Source: Laetmonice hystrix (taxonomy: Eukaryota). Taken from it: DNA of 64,000 nucleotides. The notes beneath the pieces were generated by a model. That model was not told the origin of the DNA, made no database searches, and worked only from the letters and a program-made list of their open reading frames with translations. Below are positions 1 to 14,177 of the stretch, one piece after another (the first letter of the stretch is position 1; every line of letters starts with the position of its first letter). The stretch covers positions 6,448,001-6,512,000 of the forward strand of contig OZ249437.1 in assembly GCA_965235115.1 (NCBI GenBank), read 5' to 3'. The position numbers and the translations under genes were made by a program.

Positions 1-70
1 TGTTCCTGCTCGTCATTATGGTAGCATCTCCGCATCTTTCTGTTTCATTTTCCTCTATGCGTATCACACA

Positions 71-480
71 TTAGACCCATGTTTGAAACTGGTGTTGGTC
101 CTGTGTGTGTTGATCCTGTGTGTGTCAAACATTAGACTCACGTTTAAAACTGGTGTTGGTCCTGTGTGTGTTGATCCTGTGTGTGTCAACCTTTAGACCC
201 ACGTTTGAAACTGGTGTTGGTCCTGTGCTTGTTGATCCTGTGTGTGTCAACCATTAGACCCACGTTTGAAACTGGTGTTGGTCCTGTGTGTGTCCAACAT
301 TAGACCCACGTTTGAAACTGGTGTTGGTCCTGTGTGTGTCAACCATTAGACCCACGTTTGAAACTGGTGTTGGTCCTGTGTGTGTCCAACATTAGACCCA
401 CGTTTGAAACTGGTGTTGGTCCTGTGTGTATCCAACATTAGACCCACGTTTGAAACTGGTGTTGGTCCTGTGCGTGTCAA
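71..480. repeat. Minisatellite: three 61-bp units then five 46-bp units
   Basis: TTAGAC anchors at 71, 132, 193, 254, 300, 346, 392 and 438. Confidence 0.92.
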
Positions 481-2927
481 AGGAGGATGGAAGAGTCTAC
501 GAGGGCTATCCAAATCTGAAGAAATATAGTGCAACTCACTTTATGGCACAGTAGTCAGTAACAAAGGAAATGACTTTCAGAAACAGGATGAAATGATTTT
601 GCGAGTTCTATTCTGTAAGATCATGAACCCTAAAGGAATAGATAAGATATACGTATATAGTAGAATTCTAAGACTGGTCGAATCCAATGCTTACACCTCG
701 AAAAATCACCGTCTTTTCATTTTACATGTCTGAATTGCACGCTAATATTGCTAACTTAGGGCTGGGACCGTATCTTTATTAGTTTATACACCACACGTGT
801 ATGATGAAACATCCATTGGAAACTTCAGCTTGAGCACGCTGTACAGATTTAAATCGGCAAAGTGGTAAATGACGCTTTCAACATGGTAGTGTTTCAGAGG
901 CGTAGCAATCTATACCACAGTCCACGGTATAAGGCGGAAGGTGGGGTTTGCTCATGGATAAAACCCTGTTGAGCTTCAAAGACAATTCTCATTGGACATG
1001 CGAGCTACAGGCGGGGTTTCAGTCAAGGACGTGATCTTTGGGTTGAAACAAGTATGAATGACGCCATGACACGGCCCGGCACTCCGTGCATGTTGAGTGC
1101 AGGTAGACATGGAAGACTGCAATATCATTAAACATGTATCCTTCTACAGTTTGGGCTTCGTCGAGGTGTTAATCAACACCCACCTCATTTCTGCTTGATT
1201 TAACGCCGTTCATGCCTGACTCCCGCCAAAGTACGGTGTGCTAATTCGACTTCGATTTTATACCTTAAAGTTGTGTCAGTGAAACTCATAGTCGTGTAAT
1301 ATAAAACAAGTCTTGTAACATGTGTTATTTTTGTCATTCTCGCCATTTCAAATGTGTCATTTTTTCGGTCCGATATTCGAGATTTGTTAACAAATGTCGT
1401 TTTTACATCTTTTAGATACAGCGGTCGTAGATGGTCTGGTGGTAAACTCTATAAGCTTCAGTATTTTTATCATGTCCGTGACTGAAAATTGATCGTAAAA
1501 ATGTTAGGATGTCATGAACTTTTCGTACTTTCAATAGTAGCTCGAGGAGGGTTTCAGGTTTATTACTTCGCGGTTAGCCTTGCCAAAGGCGTAGCTCCTC
1601 AACGTGTGGTTTTAGAGTAGGGGGGGGGGGGCACCTCCATCCTTGACATCGACTGTGGCCTTGCAGCAGGCTGGTCGGCTGTTCTCCCTGGGCGGGTCGC
1701 TAAATTAGCAGCAGCAGATGGAGGCAGGCAGGGGCAGGGACCATGTGGGACATGGCAAGGCAATCGGCCGTCATTATGAAAATTGCATATACGTGTACTG
1801 ATCGACCAAGGACTTCTGTCTAGAAGCTTTAATTGCATCCCTCTTGGGTAATAACACTTCTTGCCCTGGCCGAATCAAAGCGGTGGCGCAATACACACAG
1901 AGCCTATATATGGGTGCCGTGAGAAATTGCTGGCCATAGCTCACTGCTTTGTCTCGGGCCGTCTGCAGCCTTCGCGCCATCAGCATAGAGCTACTCTCAG
2001 GCCATCTCTTTACTCCTTTAATCACCTGGCCACACGTGGGGTCTGGATTAGATGAAAATGGTGAATTCGGTGGCTGATGCCCGGCCGGCTGCCCGGTCTG
2101 TCCTGAGACTTCCGACTGAGGAGGATCTTGAAGTGGACCACCTGCTGCGCATGCGCCCTCAAGAGGTCCTTTTCACGGCGAACGGCACGGTGCGGATGAA
2201 GGTGACCGCCTCCCTGGACGCGGTCGCCACCATCGCCGCCGAGTCCATCCCGAATGGCGGACATTGTCCCCCGGTGACTGCAGCCAATCATACCACTCAA
2301 TAGCCACCTTGGCGTCGGTCCGGACGATGTCGGCTCTCGTCATCATGGCCACTTCCGGAGAACGTCCTTCCCTAAGTGGCCCGGACCTGGCCAGCGTCCA
2401 TCTTGTCCATTTGCCCATGACCGGCGCCGTCGTTGTCATCGTCGCCGCACTCTCGACTCCCATGTAGGAAACATTCTGTTTTCATATTGCAAATCAAATT
2501 ATCCGTCGTTTCATATTACTGACCTTCCATTACTGTAGGGTAATTGACGCTTAGCAGGCGTCACCTGAATTTGTCGTTATTTCACCGAGTCCGTGTAAAG
2601 GTGCCCCATGAAAGAAACTTGCCCGATGCATCTCACAAAACCCTCACTTTGGTTAATCGATAGTACAGATAGGGAGAAATTAAAGGAACAATATCGCTGC
2701 ATAGGACTGAGGCCAAAAGCTCGCTTTTTTCTCGCATGCATGGTTGTCATTGTCAACCTGAAGGACGCCGCAAGTCGTTTCCTAAAAGCAACCAGACCCG
2801 GTGTTTTCATGATTTCTAAGATATGGTGGAGAACTTACAGAATAAGGATTTCCGTTTCTTGGTAAAATTGTCAAATCTTCCGAAAAAGTTGGATTCACAG
2901 GAAGATGCAATAAAGAATAAAATATCT

Positions 2928-3255
2928 GGAAACACAATAACAGTTTCTGATACAAGTATGGCAAACAGTACAATATTGAATTCGCAGAAAACCACGAATA
3001 TTTGATTTCCGGAAACACAATAACAGTTTCTGATACAAGTATGGCAAACAGTACAATATTGAATTCGCAGAAAACCACGAATATTTGATTTCCGGAAACA
3101 CAATAACAGTTTCTGATACAAGTATGGCAAACAGTACAATATTGAATTCGCAGAAAACCACGAATATTTGATTTCCGGAAACACAATAACAGTTTCTGAT
3201 ACAAGTATGGCAAACAGTACAATATTGAATTCGCAGAAAACCACGAATATTTGAT
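2928..3255. repeat. 83-bp tandem repeat, 4 copies
   Basis: GGAAACACAATAACAGTTTCTG recurs at 2928, 3011, 3094 and 3177. Confidence 0.95.
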
Positions 3256-3902
3256 TCTGTTTTAAACTTGTCAGTTCCTTTTCCATATAAGTATCTATAA
3301 TGCGTAAAGTTGTGTTGCATGAGTTTCTCTTTTCCTTGAAGATAATATGAAATAAATTATTTCTGTTTAGAAGAAAGTTACACCTACCACGTGAACGGAG
3401 AGATCTATATCAGTTGGATTGTTTCGTCATGTAATACTATACATACAGCGTGCGATATTCAGGTGGGGTCGCCTACAGTTCTTCTGATATAATGGACCTT
3501 TGCGTCAACGAGTACAATTCTCCGACAAGTCCCGAACTTACCGAGCGACAGGTCCGTAATTCTACACTGATCGGCCTTTGACTACTGTGTCAGTATTAGG
3601 CACGTAATAACCTATGTGGAAGCCAGCGCCATTAACAACACAGTTTTCGGATGAAAGGAAACACCAATATCGTGATAATTATCATGGTGTATAACCGCAT
3701 CAAATTTATCATCGACCGCGTCCCACGGTGTCATTCTTTTCACTGCCAAAACGTACATAAAGGAACACAGCAGACCCTGGTGTCAGAACCTCTTGTATAG
3801 AACAGCTCAATGACAATACAACACATGAGTTGAGCACAGTTACATGGAGACAGAGTAAAGGATCTCTTGGTCGGAGAATACTACAAAATGTGTAGCTTCA
3901 TG

Positions 3903-4337
3903 TATAGGTCCATATGCGGGTGTTAACATATTGGTCCATATGCGGGTGTTAACATATAGGTCCATATGCGGGTGTTAACATAGGTCCATATGCGGGTGTT
4001 AACATATAGGTTCATAATGCGGGTGTTAACATATAGGTCCATATGCGGGTGTTAACATATAGGTCCATATGCGGGTGTTAACATAGGTCCATATGCGGGT
4101 GTTAACATATATGTCCATATGCGGGTGTTAACATAGGTCCATATGCGGGTGTTAACATATAGGTCCATAGGCTGGTGTTAACATATATGTCCATATGCGG
4201 GTGTTAACATAGGTCCATATGCGGGTGTTAACATATATGTCCATATGCGGGTGTTAACATAGGTCCATATGCGGGTGTTAACATATAGGTCCGTATGCGG
4301 GTGTTAACATATAGGTCCATAATTCGGGTGTTAACAT
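3903..4337. repeat. 24/26-bp minisatellite, about 17 copies
   Basis: Unit (TA)TAGGTCCATATGCGGGTGTTAACA. Confidence 0.95.
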
Positions 4338-6219
4338 CTTGTGTGACCCGCAGCGTGTTATCTGTGTCTCGAGATAAGAAAATATGACCATGTTATAATT
4401 ATTCTCATACGGGTACACAATCACCTACGAAAGCGTACATGATCTTTGAGAGATTTGGAGGTTTTACGCCCTGTCGGCAGTATCTCAACCATATTCCGGG
4501 AGGCATTAAACCATTTATCCCAGTCAAGGCACCTATTGTACCCCCAGCCCCCCCCCCCCCCCGAGTCTCAGGGGCGTGATGATGAGGATGAAGAGAGAAG
4601 AAACCTGCCAACGGGAGGCATTCCCCTACTCGTATCGAAAAATTGCAAGGGTTCGATCTTTTACATGTCCAGTCGCACAGACGCGGTTGGACATACGAAT
4701 GGGAGAGCACTGTGGAGGGCCAGTGAGAAAAATGACACTGGAAGGGTCCAAATCCATCTGTGCCACAAAGATGTTTTTGCAATCTGACACTCGACCAACC
4801 AGCCCTTGCCCCATTTGTCGCCTTTTACGATAGCCAGCGGTGGAGGAGCTGAAGATAGTCTTATCTCTGACCCCCATGGAAGTAATGTCTTTGAACATTA
4901 TAAATATATCGTCCGTTCAAAACAATCTACTTAGCTTGCCTTCACTTATTCAGACTTGTCAACGTTAGACTTTTTGAGAACCCTGACGCAATGTAGGCCG
5001 ATCTATATGCGACATAAAACAGCCCATCTCATTCGTAACTGTCCATAGTTTCACATTTTACAAATTTCAAAGGCTTGATGGGGGAAAAGGCACACAGCTG
5101 GAATAAGAACAATATCCATTCGATTTAGAGGTAAATTAATTTACTACCTAAAATAAATCTTATTGCAATCCAAAGTAAGTCTCATCAAAATGGCACAATT
5201 AAATCTTTGTCATTCTGTATTTGGCGTAGAAGTATCTCCGAATGTCCGTATTTCCTTCGCTCCCAGCAATTTCTTTCGTTCCTCTAAGGGAAGTGATGCG
5301 GCATCTGTAGTAACAATATAGTTCTACCTCCTGCACAAGCGAAAACTACTACAAAACAGACGATATTGGCATTCCTCCATACATCTGAATATAACAAGAC
5401 ACCGAGCTAGGCTTGGTAATTGAATCAGTGCAGTAATGGATAGACCTTTTCGGCGTAGATGATTCTAATTTGTTAAATGGGCATTTTCCCATGGGGCCCT
5501 GAGCACAACTGAAACCGTTGCAAATGCAATGGTTTTCTATTAATCATAAATTCAAAAGAAAACACACTACGGGCAATTTCACTAGAATTTCATTAGAGAT
5601 ATTCTATTAATTTGTAAATAATTGGATTATACCCGCACTTAAACGTTTAATATTTATTTCTCTGATTGATAAAGCCTCATCCGTTATATTGTTTGACTGA
5701 CAGGCATTGCGTTTCTTCCCTCCTAGCCGCCTGAAAAACCTACACATGGAGACTGTTTCATGCGCTTCCCTTTGTGTTAACCTTTACGTGAGAATCTAAG
5801 ATTTAGAACAATAAACTTAAATAGTAACCCCAGACCACAATTCACTATCGCTAATGGACACATCTGGCGAATCGATTTGGGAAGCGCGCCCCGGTCCCTA
5901 CATTCATCCGGACGAGTCCAAAATGGAAGGCGCGCTGCCGTATTAAAGCGAGGCTGGCGGCTGGCCGAGCTGCAGACGACGCTCCCAGCTCGACGTGCTA
6001 GACGTTGTGTACTCACAGCCGGCGTCGTTTGACGTGATACTCGAGGTGAGCAGACGGCAAAGTTGGCGCGGAAAACCACGGCATGTGTGCTCCGCCTAAT
6101 CGGTAACGTCCGCACCGGGGTTTAAGTTAACTCTACACAACAAGGTTCTTGCTTTGTCTGACGTGGAAATCATTGAGGACGATAAGAGATGTGTCTGCTG
6201 TCCAACAGGCAGTTCTGAT

Positions 6220-6530
6220 GCTGACGGTGACCTAACATTACAGTTTGTGTGGAGTATTAACCTCGGCATGCACAGGAGGTTCAACAAGTCAATGTCCTGC
6301 GAATATCCCTGAGTTACAGGATTGCTAAACACGGAAGGAAACGGAAAACCTCGTCACTGAGACTGGACCGCTTTGGATACATTTTCATCTCGAAGTCCTC
6401 GGAACACTTTCCCGAATACTTTCTACGGATCCACGCTATCACCTTTAAGTCAGTTTGACCTGACTTTGCTGCACCATGGTATCCCGCGTCCTGGAACCAG
6501 CTACCAAAGCTCTACTGCTGATCCAATCCA
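6220..6530 (+). mobile_element. Possible decayed LINE 3' end
   Basis: Remnants VWS, EVQQ, VTGLLN and SWNQLP (cf. VW.P, E.VQR, VT.ML.., WN.LP) are in the expected order, but heavily mutated. Confidence 0.35.
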
Positions 6531-7128
6531 TGTGTTTACTGCTGATTCAGTCGGCATCACCAGGTAGGTCTCATTAGGTTCGAGTCAATGGGTCTGAGGG
6601 GTCGAGCTGGACGGCAAACTTATTATCGAGTTGGGGATGCGGCGGTGACGGGCGTCTCCCGTACAGCTGGAGTTTGTTTATGGCTTCATCATATACGTGA
6701 TCTCAAAGAGGACTTCTGATGTAGTCAGGCTAAAAAAAATGATGAAAGATATGAGAAAGAGAGAAGAGGTCCCAAAGGCAGTGTTCGGGGACCATCCTCT
6801 GGTCTGTTCATTAATAGGCCGAGTTGTGATGGTTGTTAAGGTAATCACGGGACTATCATTATTTTGGTAAGGACCAGCCACGAATGAGTGGGTGGTAATC
6901 AGAGCTCCTTCAATACCACAGGGTTTTAATCAGCGGATACGACAAGCGGCAGAGTCTTAATTACCCCTGTCTGGAGGTCAAGGTTGTTGGGCACACGTCA
7001 TTCATTCCATGGCGTTCATAGAATGTCATACTTCATCGGTAATGAAAGACGCATTAACCTCCGAAAGGTGGATCTCTAAGCATTTTGCCACGTCCCGTTT
7101 TCTCAGGATAGGGAGATTAAAACTCGTC

Positions 7129-7246
7129 TTGCCCAATTCCGAAATGTTGCATTGCCCAATTCCGAAATGTTGCATTGCCCAATTCCGAAATGTTGCATTG
7201 CCCAATTCCGAAATGTTGCATTGCCCAATTCGAAATGTTGCATTGC
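7129..7246. repeat. 23-bp minisatellite, about 5 copies
   Basis: Unit GCCCAATTCCGAAATGTTGCATT. Confidence 0.95.
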
Positions 7247-10200
7247 GGCACCTTTAAGAGAGCTACAACTTCTCTTGTGGGTCATTGACCTGCTATACCG
7301 CTGAGGTCCGAATCACGCTTGTGTCATCCAATTGTCCTTAGAGTACAGCAGGCACAATTTGTGCATATGATCTTCACGTTGAAAACAGTGCCAGTTGCCA
7401 TTAGCTGATTGCCATAGCTCAGGTTGATGGTATAGTTCCGAATGGCCGAAGATCGCCAACCGCCGTTTGGAGGCCGTCCGAATGGCCATTAGTGAGGAAA
7501 GACAAACACCCTCCCACAACCCGGCCTGCGTCTGTACTGATTACCCCAACCCATGCGCCAGACTGGCGGACGAACTGACCATGAGAGGTTCTCTGTATTG
7601 AGGAGATATCCTAGAATTCTCGGCTACAGTACATCTTCACGTTATACCTACCTGTTCTGTCGACCGACCCTGCTCAGTTTGGAGTACATGGTACATGTTG
7701 TCATACTTTCGTAATCACTGAGGGCTTGGCTGTAACGTACCACTTTGGCTATTACAGGACACTCCTCATGAAGGCATTATGTTGCAGCTATGAATAATAG
7801 ATAAAAATAAAACGCACATGATGAAGTTGCAAATTTATAAAAGGTGAAAACATACTGAAATAGGTCACGTGTGAACACCTTTTGTTTGTTACTCTAGAAT
7901 GGTGGTTCCATTAGAGACATCGATTTCCTCCAAATGTTCCACTAATAGTCTGTTCCCGCAGGTAAGGAGGCGACGTATTGCATATAAAAGAGGCCAAAAT
8001 CCTATCACAGCTACCTGAAAATGCAGATTACTGACGGCCGACCCACACTTTTCACTCGATGTAAATGTAATTTCGTATTGATTCCCAGCCAGCACCTCTC
8101 AAGATGCTTCAGAGAAATTCCATGAAAATGCTCTCCACGCGAGGGACTTTCTGATGTACTTGAGTGTAAATCAAATGTTTCCTTATCCGGAGTCTTTCTT
8201 CGCTGACAGCAAACGATCTGAACAGATGGAATAAGATTTTAAAATCTGCGATAGTGCTGCGAAAACTGTGCATTTACTTGAGTCGGCCCGGGTGAAGTGT
8301 TCGGGTCGATACGGTAAATCTACGCCCTTTGTCGTGTGTCGATAGGACAACTGGGCCTCTTGACGCGGGACAGCGCTGACGGCACACTGCCATAAATTGA
8401 TAAGTTGGACGACGAGTCGGTGGCGCGTCATGTCACGTCATGTCACTCGTCCTCCGTTGGGTAGGCCCGAGGTCGCCGACAACCTGTCGGTCGGTTGTCT
8501 TACGTCGCCTTTTCCCCCGCCGGCCGGTCAACCGATGTGGGACAGGAGATGGTGGGAGAAGGGGGTGGGGCCTCCAAGGTCTGCTGTCTCTGGCGTGAAC
8601 TGTCGTATGATTGAGGTGACCGGGGGGTTCTGCCACCAAAAGCCGCCGGAATCGGAGATGGAAAGTTAATGCAGCGCCGAGAGCGACGCTGGCTGGCGCG
8701 TGAGTGAGGGACCAGTCGGGGCAGAGTGACAGGTGGCAAGTAAAATGAGGAACGGTCTGACCCGTGTTGCCGGAAAGTGCAGGGATTACGAGTGACGGAA
8801 CGGGCCACACGTGCATGCACTGCATTCGTAATGCACGCCCAGCAGCGTGCTGTTGACAGTGTCAGCCGTGACTCATGTCAAATAAGTTACACGAGTTGAT
8901 AAAGTTATCATATTTCGAAATCATTTATGCAAAACCCTTATACCAATCGAGGGCAAGAACAAGAAAGCTCACCGAGAATGTTCAGTTGTGGATCGAGTTC
9001 ACATCTTAATGGAGGAAAATTTACATTTTCGCCGCTCTCCAGATCAAATGCATGATTTGTGATGCACATAAACTTTCGCATTGCGATTTTACTTTCTAAA
9101 CATCTATACGTTATGGAGGAAAATCGTTTATGCACATCTTAATTCAGATACATGCAGAAACGGAGCCTGCTGTATATTCAGTCTCCCATCAAGGTAGGCC
9201 TAGGCAAGTATGTACACATGTAATACCAAGAGCATTATTTGGTACGTGTTATCTGCTGAATCTGGCGTTTATCGACCAACGGTCAGTATATTGTTTTACA
9301 TGCCTTCAAAAGGCATGTTACCGGATTGGCCACAAGACATTACGCATTTTAAATAAGGCGATGACCTTTAAATGAAGGCCCATTAATTAAAAAAGGCAGT
9401 CCGACCTAAATACTGAATGTGAGCTGATGGGAAACTCTCACAAATGGCATAGCCCACCGTCGACTTTGTTATGACCTTCTCTTAAAAGAAAACGAGCCGT
9501 CGAATGCTCCGATGTAAGTTGAACATAAAAGGCCATTACAGAAATATTCAACTTCATATTGATGCAGTGGTTCCCATATATAGACCTCGTCACTCATTTG
9601 AAGTCTCCGCTGAAGTACCTTGAAGAGATGACATGTAAAATGTACTCAAGGACCTATATATTTTCTATTGTGTGAAGTTAATATTCTGAGGCTATGGAAT
9701 CCAAAGCTTTTCATCGTGACCTTTTTCTGCTGTTTACACAAAATGATTGATATTGATTTTTTTCTTGCCGCTTCGTTCTGGTAATATGGAAGTTGAAACA
9801 TTTTGAACTGATGTCAATTAATCACGAGAACACATACCTGAACGTATACAATGTGTAAACAATGGTTTCGTAACTTGATCTGGAGTCTATTCATGGCTTT
9901 ACAACTATAGCCGGAGTACTAACCCCCGAGCAGCGCACCTCGGATCACGATAAAGAGACGTTTCTGTGTGTATACAAACGGGACATGCTTGCCTTTAATC
10001 TTCAAAGGCGATTAATCTATACTAGTCCGTCTCCTCGCTTCAAAAGGATAGGATCGTATTCTGAAGGGCATGAATTATATACTATATACCATTTATATGT
10101 AACGTACACCAGAAATATGACTGAGGATGAAAGAGTCAGATGCAAGGTCTGCCTTGTCTGTTCTGTATGCCTTTGAGACAAATACACCTGAAATACAAGG

Positions 10201-10858
10201 AGTGCAAAACTGAGCGTGCATTGGACAAGTTGGGACCGATACAAATTATGAGGTAATGGAATCTAAACGTTATATAATGGAAAATCACGGTGATACTTTT
10301 GAGGACACCAAGATAAAGTTCCTTAAAGGTGCAGTTACTATGACATAAAACAACCTCCTATATTTTCTACTGAAAAATAAGATCACACACAGGAAAAATA
10401 TAGGAAAATATAGTACATGTGCACGGAAAAATCTCGAAATACGGAGGTAGGCCCCATTGTTACTACTTCAGGGCTAAATCTATAAGTGTCAGTTTCAAAG
10501 TACCACCATTGTAGTAAATAAGCCTTTCCGTAATTGTGTAACCTAACAACCCGTGCATTCCCTTGGGGAAAAATGCGTGTTTATTCTTCATTAGCAGTCG
10601 AGCTTACAGTTAGTAAGATTTTAGCCTCAAAACCTATTCATCATTTACTGTTATTCTCAACAATCCGACTGACTATTGCATTCGCTTTGAAGTCATCAAA
10701 CACAATAAACGAGAAATCCATACTCAGTCAGACAGAAACCAAATTGTGGCCATCTCAACGATTGAATGTCTGTTCCAATCCTGTCTCAATCCGAACATAG
10801 TTTTACTTGTGGCGAGTCGATTCTTGTTGTGGGGATCTGGTGATGTGTTCTGCCACAC

Positions 10859-13182
10859 AGAGATCCACACCCGACCACTGCCAGGCCATGGCGCCTCATG
10901 ATACCTGAACTTATACAGAGATGTAGAGATCCACACCCGACCACTGCCAGGCCATGGGACCTCATGATACCTGAACGTATACAGAGATGTAGAGATCCAC
11001 ACCCGACCACTGCCAGGCCATGGCGCCTCATGATACCTGAACTTATACAGAGATGTAGAGATCCACACCCGACCACTGCCAGGCCATGGCGCCTCATGAT
11101 ACCTGAACGTATACAGAGATGTAGAGATCCACACCCGACCACTGCCAGGCCATGGCGCCTCATGATACCTGAACGTATACAGAGATGTAGAGATCCACAC
11201 CCGACCACTGCCAGGCCATGGCGCCTCATGATACCTGAACTTATACAGAGATGTAGAGATCCACACCCGACCACTGCCAGGCCATGGCGCCTCATGATAC
11301 CTGAACGTATACAGAGATGTAGAGATCCACACCCGACCACTGCCAGGCCATGGCGCCTCATGATACCTGAACTTATACAGAGATGTAGAGATCCACACCC
11401 GACCACTGCCAGGCCATGGCGCATCATGATACCTGAACGTATACAGAGATGTAGAGATCCACACCCGACCACTGCCAGCACATGGCGCCTCATGATACCT
11501 GAACTTATACAGAGATGTAGAGATCCACACCCGACCACTGCCAGGCCATGGTACCTCATGATACCTAAACTTATACAGAGATGTAGAGATCCACACCCGA
11601 CCACTGCCAGGCCATGGCGCCTCATGATACCTGAACTTAGGCCTATACAGAGATGTAGAGATCCACACCCGACACTGCGAGGCCATGGCGCCTCATGATA
11701 CCTGAACGTATACAGAGATGTAGAGATCCACACCCGACCACTGCCAGGCCATGGCGCCTCATGATACCTGAACGTATACAGAGATGTAGAGATCCACACC
11801 CGACCACTGCCAGGCCATGGCGCTTCATGATACCTGAACGTATACAGAGATGTAGAGATCCACACCCGACCACTGCCAGGCCATGGTACCTCATGATACC
11901 TGAACTTATACAGAGATGTAGAGATCCACACCCGACCACTGCCAGGCCATGGCGCCTCATGATACCTGAACGTATACAGAGATGTAGAGATCCACACCCG
12001 ACCACTGCCAGGCCATGGTACCTCATGATACCTGAACTTATACAGAGATGTAGAGATCCACACCCGACCACTGCCAGGCCATGGCGCCTCATGATACCTG
12101 AACTTAGGCCTATACAGAGATGTAGAGATCCACACCCGACACTGCCAGGCCATGGCGCCTCATGATACCTGAACGTATACCGAGATGTAGAGATCCACAC
12201 CCGACCACTGCCAGCACATGGCGCCTCATGATACCTGAACTTATACAGAGATGTAGAGATCCACACCCGACCACTGCCAGGCCATGGCGCCTCATGATAC
12301 CTGAACTTATAAATACAGAGATGTAGAGATCCACACCCGACCACTGCCAGGCCATGGCGCCTCATGATACCTGAACGTATACAGAGATGTAGAGATCCAC
12401 ACCCGACCACTGCCAGGCCATGGCGCCTCATGATACCTGAACGTATACAGAGATGTAGAGATCCACACCCGACCACTGCCAGGCCATGGCACCTCATGAT
12501 ACCTGAACGTATACAGAGATGTAGAGATCCACTCCCGACCACTGCCAGGCCATGGCGCCTCATGATACCTGAACTTATACAGAGATGTAGAGATCCACAC
12601 CCGACCACTGCCAGGCCATGGCGCCTCATGATACCTGAACGTATACAGAGATGTAGAGATCCACACCCGACCACTGCCAGGCCATGGTACCTCATGATAC
12701 CTAAACTTATACAGAGATGTAGAGATCCACTCCCGACCACTGCCAGGCCATGGCGCCTCATGATACCTGAACGTATACAGAGATGTAGAGATCCACTCCC
12801 GACCACTGCCAGGCCATGGCGCCTCATGATACCTGAACGTATACAGAGATGTAGAGATCCACACCCGACCACTGCCAGGCCATGGCGCCTCATGATACCT
12901 GAACGTATACAGAGATGTAGAGATCCACACCCGACCACTGCCAGGCCATGGCGTCTCATGATACCTGAACTTATACAGAGATGTAGAGATCCACACCCGA
13001 CCACTGCCAGGCCATGGCGCCTCATGATACCTGAACGTATACAGAGATGTAGAGATCCACACCCGACCACTGCCAGGCCATGGGACCTCATGATACCTGA
13101 ACTTATACAGAGATGTAGAGATCCACACCCGACCACTGCCAGGCCATGGCGCCTCATGATACCTGAACGTATACAGAGATGT
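10859..13182. repeat. 66-bp minisatellite, about 35 copies
   Basis: Unit GAAC(T/G)TATACAGAGATGTAGAGATCCACACCCGACCACTGCCAGGCCATGGCGCCTCATGATACCT. It explains the 22-aa periodic ORFs. Confidence 0.97.
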
Positions 13183-13970
13183 TTATGTAAAGTGATTAAC
13201 CGCGGGTTTCCGTGGACATGAGTGCACGTGCAGATCTAGATAGATAGAACGTCAGTGATGAACTGTACTCTTTGTGAGTTTACCGACACCTTAGGTCGAG
13301 AAGGCCAAACATCAAAGCTCTATGTCAGGCTCACCTGAGGCTCTCTGATCCAAGTGAGATTAGGAATCAATGAATGACCTTTGGCTTTGGGTGAGAACCG
13401 CGGAACAGACATTCCCTTGCGGCGATTGTGGTGGACCCTTTCAACGGTCGCCGTTCCCTTTGTGAAGTACCGCCATAAAAATGGCGTGTTTGGATGGGGA
13501 CCAGGGCACCCAACAGACCAGTGCTGGCCCCTTCTTCTGCTCCGTTGACAGTAATGACCGTTAATGAGTGTTGACATGGGGTGTTTTGTTTTGATGAAGT
13601 AATCATGGTCGGTTTTCTGCCGTTTCGTCTCATGGCATTACGACAGCGTGTGGAAATATTGCTCATTACATGGCCAAGTATAGGTGAAGAGGGGGCCAAC
13701 TGTGCAGCCTTGGGAGATGACTTAATTATACCGAAGGACAAGTCGTTCTTGTTCTTCTTGTCATGAAGAATTCATCTTCTGTCTTGATATATTATGTACA
13801 AACAACAGTACGTATACGACTGCCATTGTTCATGGTAAAGTTCTCGTTTGAAATACTGATCGGCCTGGTAATATAATCGGTCCAAGTATAGTAACTAGGA
13901 ACTGTGATTGTACTTCAATACGGATTCATTGAAACTGTATCCGGTTGAATATTATGGAGGGAAACTTGGT

Positions 13971-14177
13971 GGACACTTGAGAACACAACAGTTATAGGTC
14001 TGCCGTTCGCGGTCTATAGAGTATAGAAGAATGGTGGTCATAGAGGGGTGGCACTGGTCTCTGTCAGGGAGGTATACTTGGACACCTGAGAACACAAAAG
14101 TTAAAGGTCTACCGTTCGCGGTCTATAGAGTAGAACAATGGTTGTGTTGGTCGTAGAGGGGCGGCACTGGTCTGTGG
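13971..14177. repeat. Diverged 109-bp tandem duplication
   Basis: GGACAC.TGAGAACACAA...CCGTTCGCGGTCTATAGAGTA...GGCACTGGTCT at 13971 and 14080. Confidence 0.85.

Noticed and set aside
4450-4900. Minus-strand AGYRKRR and LFILII as LINE RT remnants
   Set aside because: Too few residues match, and core motifs (KAFD, PQG, YADD) are absent.
10724-13221. Long 22-aa-repeat ORFs on both strands
   Set aside because: Minisatellite read-through, broken by frameshifting unit variants, with no non-repeat domain.
13590-13650. Minus-strand KRQKTDHDY (DHxY motif of THAP-type/transposon proteins)
   Set aside because: A stop lies just upstream and there is no THAP or transposase context.
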